A stretch of 64,000 nucleotides of DNA. Origin: Somniosus microcephalus (Eukaryota). The notes beneath the pieces were generated by a model. The model made no database searches. It saw only the letters and a list, made by a program, of their open reading frames with translations, and was not told the origin of the DNA. Location of the stretch: assembly GCA_052327205.1 (NCBI GenBank), contig JBMRGM010000039.1, forward strand, positions 20,522,001 through 20,586,000. The letters are read 5' to 3'. Below, piece after piece: positions 58,760 through 64,000 of the stretch. The position numbers and the translations under genes were made by a program. Numbering within the stretch: position 1 is the first letter of the stretch; each line of letters opens with the position of its first letter.

Positions 58760-59690
58760 TTCTACATGGGTTAACGTCTCCCGTAAAATTAGAACAGTGC
58801 AAACTCCTGAATACATTCCTCCAGTTCACTCCTGGCCAGCCATCCAACCTGTACCTTATATCAATGCCAACCGGTCCTAAACTCTGCTGTCCGTGTACAG
58901 CAGTGCCGAAGTCCCGCTGGCCCATTGCTCTCGCTCTCACTGAGCTTCAGTATCTCCCAGACACCCCACCTCGAAGGCCTTACATTTAAAATTCTGATCT
59001 TGGAGTTTAATCCAACATGGCCTCACCCCTTGCCAATTCCACACTCTCCTTCTACCCTGCAGTTAACCCACCCATGATCTCTGAATACCTCTGGCTCTGG
59101 CTTCTTTTGTTGGGACTGCCTCTCTCGGTTCCAGTCTTACCGACCTGATCGTAGCCAGAGCATCTCCGGCAACGGCTTATCTTCCCATACCAGCACCGTT
59201 AACTCTTGAGTCTCTGAACTTTACATTCTTGCCCCTCCTCTTCCTCATCTACACGCTGCACTTTGTGACATAATCTGCAGACATGGGGTCAGATTCCACC
59301 TGTCTGTTGACAACACCCAGCTCCAGCTCTCCACTCTGTCTACACTCCACTACCTCTTTGTTATCAGACTGCAACCGTCTGTTTTGCAAGAGCTGCGATT
59401 TGCTCCTACACGGTGAAGACCGACCCTCCACCATTGGCCCCACCACAAACTCCATACCGTTTTCAATGATTCCATTCCCCTCCTGGCTGTTGTCTCAGGC
59501 TGAATATGTAACCTCAGATGCCTATTTGTCCTGAGCTGTGCTACCGAGTTCGTATCATCTCCATCACAAGAGATGCCTAATTGTGCCCCCATGATATCGC
59601 TGGCCTCTTCCCCTGCTTCAGCCCATCGGCATTGAAACCAACAATCAGGAATTTATCAGCTCCAGACTCTCCGTCCTCTCCTCCAATCCC
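58760..59690 (+). mobile_element. Old L2-like LINE fragments
   Basis: Degenerate RHGVRFHL..D.TQL at about 59280-59325 and an LxWLP..FKIL-like segment at about 58920-59000. Confidence 0.5.
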
Positions 59691-59774
59691 TCTCCTTTTC
59701 ATTCCTCAGACACTGGCCTCTCTTTGGTGGGACTTGACTTGCTAGTTTCCATGTTTATCTATCTGATCGAAAAC

Positions 59775-60410
59775 AGAGAATAGAGAGAAATAACGGCACA
59801 GAAGGAGGTCTTTTGGCCCACCGAGTCCGTGCCGGCTCTCCTTAGAGCAATCCAGCCAGTCACATTCCGCCGCTCTATCCCCGTAGCCTGCAAGTTTATT
59901 CCTCTCAAATGACTATGCAGTCTCCCCTTCAAAATATTGACAATCTCCGCTTCTACCACTTCCGTCGGCAGCGAGTTCCAGGATCTCACCATTTGCTGCA
60001 AAGAAAGGTTTTGCCTCACACCCCACCTGCATCTCTTGCCCAAAACCTTAAATCTGTCTCCCCTAGTCCTTGTACCATTAAGTAATAGGAACAGCCTTTC
60101 CCTGTCTAGCCTATCCAAACCCGTCATAAACGTGTACACCTCTATCAAATCACCCCTCCAACTCCTTTGCTCTAATGAAAACAAATCCAGCTGCTACTAC
60201 CTGTCCTTGTAGCTAAGATGCCACATCCCAGGAAACACTTTGGTAAATCTCCTCAGCTCCATCTCAAGTACCTTCACACCCTTCCTAAAGTGTGCTGATC
60301 AGGACTGGGTGCAATACTCCAGTTGTGACATAACCAGCATTTTATAAAGGTTCAGCATAACTTCTCTACTATTGTACTCAATGCCTCTATTTCTGAAGCC
60401 CGTTCCCATA
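59775..60410 (-). mobile_element. CR1 LINE 3' fragment
   Basis: Reads FSLEQR..RGDLIEVY..SWNSLP. Confidence 0.85.
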
Positions 60411-60931
60411 TAAGATACCATGGCCTCGAAATTCAGTTGCTTGCGCCAGCCGCTAGTGCCTTAGGAGGAGGAAATGTGGGGTGCTAAGCGGCTAGCGGCC
60501 GGGCATAGCGCGATCTGCACCTCTCGCGAACTTCAGTTAAGATTTAGCGGCGGCGCAAAACCTTTGCATGTGCTCAGCTGCACGCGCAGATCCTGATGTC
60601 ATTTCATGGTGCAATGCCCTTTGTGCACCCCAAACTGGAAATTCAGTGGCGCCGGCCTATTGTGCGCCTGGCGCCCCTAGCGACTGGTAGAGGGGAACGG
60701 TTCCCAGTGGCTGCGGGGCGCGGGGGGCGCTAATTAAAGGGCACTCCTCCTGCAGTATAAATGGCAGCAATTTGCACCATTCCTTCTTTGTGAGAGACGG
60801 ATCTTTGGAGAGAGACAAAGGTAGAGAGCTTTCTGGTCTGGCTCAACACTCGCAAAGGTACTTGTGGCTTCAGGCCACAGCTTTGCACTTCTCTTTAACT
60901 TCAGAGCCATAGCATTGATTGGAAACATACA

Positions 60932-61979
60932 ATGGGGGCTGCAATGGGTGGAAACGTTGGGTTCTCCATTGCATTCAAAGGGCTCAGAGACGTCGTGAGA
61001 GAGTGCCAGTCATGGCCAGATGGAGAAGGGGCAACAGGCGTCGGCAAAGGAGGCCTTACCTACCCAGGGTATAAAGCCAGCTGTTCTCATATCTGAACAT
61101 GTCTGAGGAGCAGTGTGTTCGGAGGCTGTGATTCAGAAGGGCGGTGGTCACTGAGATCTGCCACCTGCTTTGCGGAGATCTGCAGCCACAGCTGAGGAGC
61201 AGGACGTCTCTGTCGGTGGCAGTGAAGGTGACGGTGGCTCTCAACTTCTATGCCACCGCCACCTTCCAATCCGCTACTGGGGACATTTCCAACATCTCCC
61301 AGTTTGCGGTACATTGCTGCATCCGTCAGGTGACCAATGCCCTTTTCAGAAGGAGACGTCAGTTCATCACCTTCTCCATGACCGTTGACAAGCAGCAACA
61401 GCGTGCAATGGGCTTTGCAGCATTCGCGGGCTTCCCCATGGTGCAGGGCGCCATGGACTGCACGCATGTGGCTTTGCGGGCACCTCTGGAGAATGCCGAG
61501 GATTACCGCAACCGGAAGGGCTACCATTCGCTCAACCAGTTCATCCTAGCTGTCAATGCCCGCTTTCCAGGCAGCAGCCACGATGCCTTCATCCTGAGCC
61601 AGACTTCTGTGGCAGACATGTTCGAGGCCCAGCCTCACCCACCCGTGCGCCCAGCACCCCTGCTGAAGCGGGATACAATGACAGCCATCAAGCAACCAGG
61701 AACATCATTGAGCAAACAATCGGCGTGCTGAAGCAACGGTTCCGCTGTCTGGATTTCTCTGGAGGAGCCCTACAGTACTCGCCTGAGCGAGTCTCCCATT
61801 TCGTTGTTGTGTGCTGCATGCTGCACAACCTGGCTATCCGCAGGACTCAGCCACTACCAGCAGACATTGGAGGACCACTAGAGGAGGAGGAGGAGGAGGA
61901 GGAGGAGGCGGACCAGCACAGGACGGAGGCAGAAAGTGCAAGGGCCGCCCGTCGGTGGCTTATTGCAAGTCGGTTCTAG
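60932..61979 (+). pseudogene. Harbinger DDE transposase, frameshifted and deleted
   Basis: Contains GAMDCTHV, NRKGYHSLN, ARFPGSSHD, LKQRFRCL and CCMLHN; the GDxGY block is missing; TATAAA at about 60776. Confidence 0.88.
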
Positions 61980-62167
61980 GCCCACTCTCAGGGAATGGCT
62001 TGTGCCAATGGCAGAAGATGAATGTAGCCACTCCACAAGCCCTCAGCCGAGCAGGGCAACCAGGAATTCCAAAGGAAAGCATGGACAGTGCGATTTCTGA
62101 AATTTTTTTACGATGATACCTCTGTGCCCTTCCCACATGAGAAACTAATGGAGAGAAACACCCCCAA

Positions 62168-62507
62168 AAACACAAATACACCAGTCTCGGCCTTTACAAG
62201 TAAAACAAATAGACCAGTCTCGGCCTTTACAAGTAAAACAAATACACCAATCTCGGCCTTTACAAGTTAAACAAATAGACCAGTCTCGGCCTTTACAAGT
62301 AAAACAAATACACCAGTCTCGGCCTTTACAAGTAAAACAAATAGACCAGTCTGGGCCTTTGCAAGTAAAACAAATACACCAGTCTCGGCCTTTACAAGTA
62401 AAACGAATAGACCAGTCTGGGCCTTTACAAGTAAAACAAATAGACCAGTCTCGGCCTTTACAAGTAAAACAAATACACCAGTCTCGGCATTTATAAGTAA
62501 AACAAAA
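62168..62507 (+). repeat. 33-bp tandem repeat, 10 copies (aaacaaatasaccagtctcggcctttacaagta)
   Basis: Near-perfect units, mostly alternating atac/atag. Confidence 0.95.
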
Positions 62508-62531
62508 CATTTGGCCACACCTTCTACTTTT

Positions 62532-63836
62532 TCACCTGCGAGGGTGATGCGTTTCGCATCCGTGACTGGCCCCTACCCGCCTGTAGCTCCTCCTCAATGG
62601 GACCCCAGTGGCTGCAGCAGGGCTGGGGGAAGGCTGCTGAGGGTCAGATAGTGAGATGGCAGATGCCCTTGGGGGTCGGCCTGGACCAGCTCTGAGCCTG
62701 GAGGGGCCGGCTGTTGACCGCTTCAACTCTGCTTGGGCGGCAGCAGTCTGTCCAACAGCTGGTGGCAGCTGCAATGGAGGAGTGACAGTGTTGGCTGCAG
62801 GAATGTTGCCAACCTGACAGATCACAGGCACTCCCTGGTCGGCTGATACATTGGCACGTGCACGGGACAGCACTGCAGCATGTACAGCAATCTGTTGAGG
62901 CTCAGACTGCTGGGCTGCTGCGGCACATCGAGTGCCCCGGCGATGCCTGGCCGATCCAACGAGTGTGGCAGCCGTTAGTGCCCGTGTGGCTCTGGTCTGT
63001 GTGTGCATGACAGCAGCCAGTGAATGCACGGCACGACTGAGCACTTGCATAGAAGCCGCCTGTGAAGCAGCGAAGTCCTGCTGACTCCTAGCCTGTGCTG
63101 CCCCGAATTCCTGCACACTCCTTGCCAGTGACTCTATGGAGTCAGGCATCCTTGCCACTGCAGCCATGAGCTCAGTGTGCCTGCGGTCAGCCTGGGCGCC
63201 CATTTCCGCTAGGGTCCACACCTCCTCTGCGCTCACCGTAGCAGGACTGGAGTCCGCACTCACCCTCTGGGGAGAAGGCCGCCGAGCTTCTCCACACCTC
63301 CCGCGTTGCTGCAGCCTGCTGTTCCCTGGAGCTTCACTATCCACTGCACCTTCCCCCCTGCTCCCCTCCAGGGAAGACGTGTCACCATCATGGCCATGGG
63401 CTACCTCGGCTGAGGGTGTCCCTGATGGTCTGGCTTCCTCTTCCTCCTCCTCTATGTCTGACTCGGACACAGTGCCAGTTTGAGGGTCCGCCTCCTCACC
63501 TGCCGAGTCACCATCAGAAAGCAGGGCGGCACTAGAGTTGCTTTAAAGTGAGGACAGGGCGGCAGCGAGGGAGGCATGAGTGCTGCTATGCACTGCATTG
63601 GTCCGACAGTGGCAAAGGATGCTGGTATGAGGCGCAAGTGGAAAGAGAGAGGTCAAAATTGTGATGCCCTTACCATTGGGGCCCACAACAGGGTCGGCAT
63701 CTCCACTGGCGACGGGGCCAATCAGCCAGCCTGACATAATGTGCTCCACACGCTGCTCCAGGTCACTGAGCTGTTTGAGGTCAGGATGGCCTCCCCCGGT
63801 CTGACGCTGCTGCCTTCGGTTGTGCGCCAGCATGCC
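62532..63836 (-). CDS. Harbinger accessory Myb/SANT-like gene, last two exons (about 63836-63674 and 63540-62532); possibly disrupted
   Basis: NRRQQRQTGGG motif typical of the region just after the Myb-like domain; GT/AG sites present; long open last exon; the exon phases I inferred do not match. Confidence 0.6.
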
Positions 63837-63863
63837 CTGCAAGAGAAAGGACAGCCTCTAAGT

Positions 63864-63980
63864 ACAGTGTGAAGCCCTGATCTTGCCTGCACTGCCTCCC
63901 ATGGTGGATTAGCCCTGACAGTGTGAAGCCCTGATCTTGTCTGCACTGCCTCCCATGGTGGAATAGACCTGACAGTGTGC
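63864..63980. repeat. 54-bp tandem repeat (intronic)
   Basis: acagtgtgaagccctgatcttg... starts at 63864, 63918 and (partial) 63972. Confidence 0.85.
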
Positions 63981-64000
63981 AAAGTCCTGAATGTGCAAGT

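Larger units (their letters stand above)
60422..64000 (+). mobile_element. Harbinger transposon copy 2 (extends beyond the window)
   Basis: TIR-like start GGCCTCGAAATTC; GC-rich subterminal region; transposase and a convergent Myb-like gene. Confidence 0.85.

Noticed and set aside
62168-62507. CRISPR-like appearance of the 33-bp repeats
   Set aside because: The units are contiguous with no unique spacers, there are no cas genes, and the context is eukaryotic

Overview
This is eukaryotic DNA, most likely from a cartilaginous fish (shark-type CR1, V-SINE/Deu-SINE repeats and GPR139-like receptors); it is not prokaryotic. Only two host genes are supported: convergent class-A GPCR coding exons of the GPR139/142-like family (12122-13023 +, 54055-54959 -). 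The rest is mostly layered mobile DNA. It includes two complete Gypsy LTR elements with 5-bp TSDs, each with a nested CR1; two Harbinger elements plus two Harbinger-type MITEs; RTE, L2, Penelope-like and many CR1 fragments; and several minisatellites. Three features stand out. (1) A head-to-tail array of non-autonomous Helitrons (35848-50112) carries a promoter-like cassette, splice donors and an expanding pyrimidine minisatellite. (2) The two Gypsy elements have no tRNA primer site; that position is instead complementary to their own LTR, with compensatory changes, suggesting self-priming. (3) An array of about 40 YY1-like motifs lies right behind the first GPCR. All alignments were done by eye and no database searches were run. 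There are two assembly gaps (45738-46237, 48652-48813).
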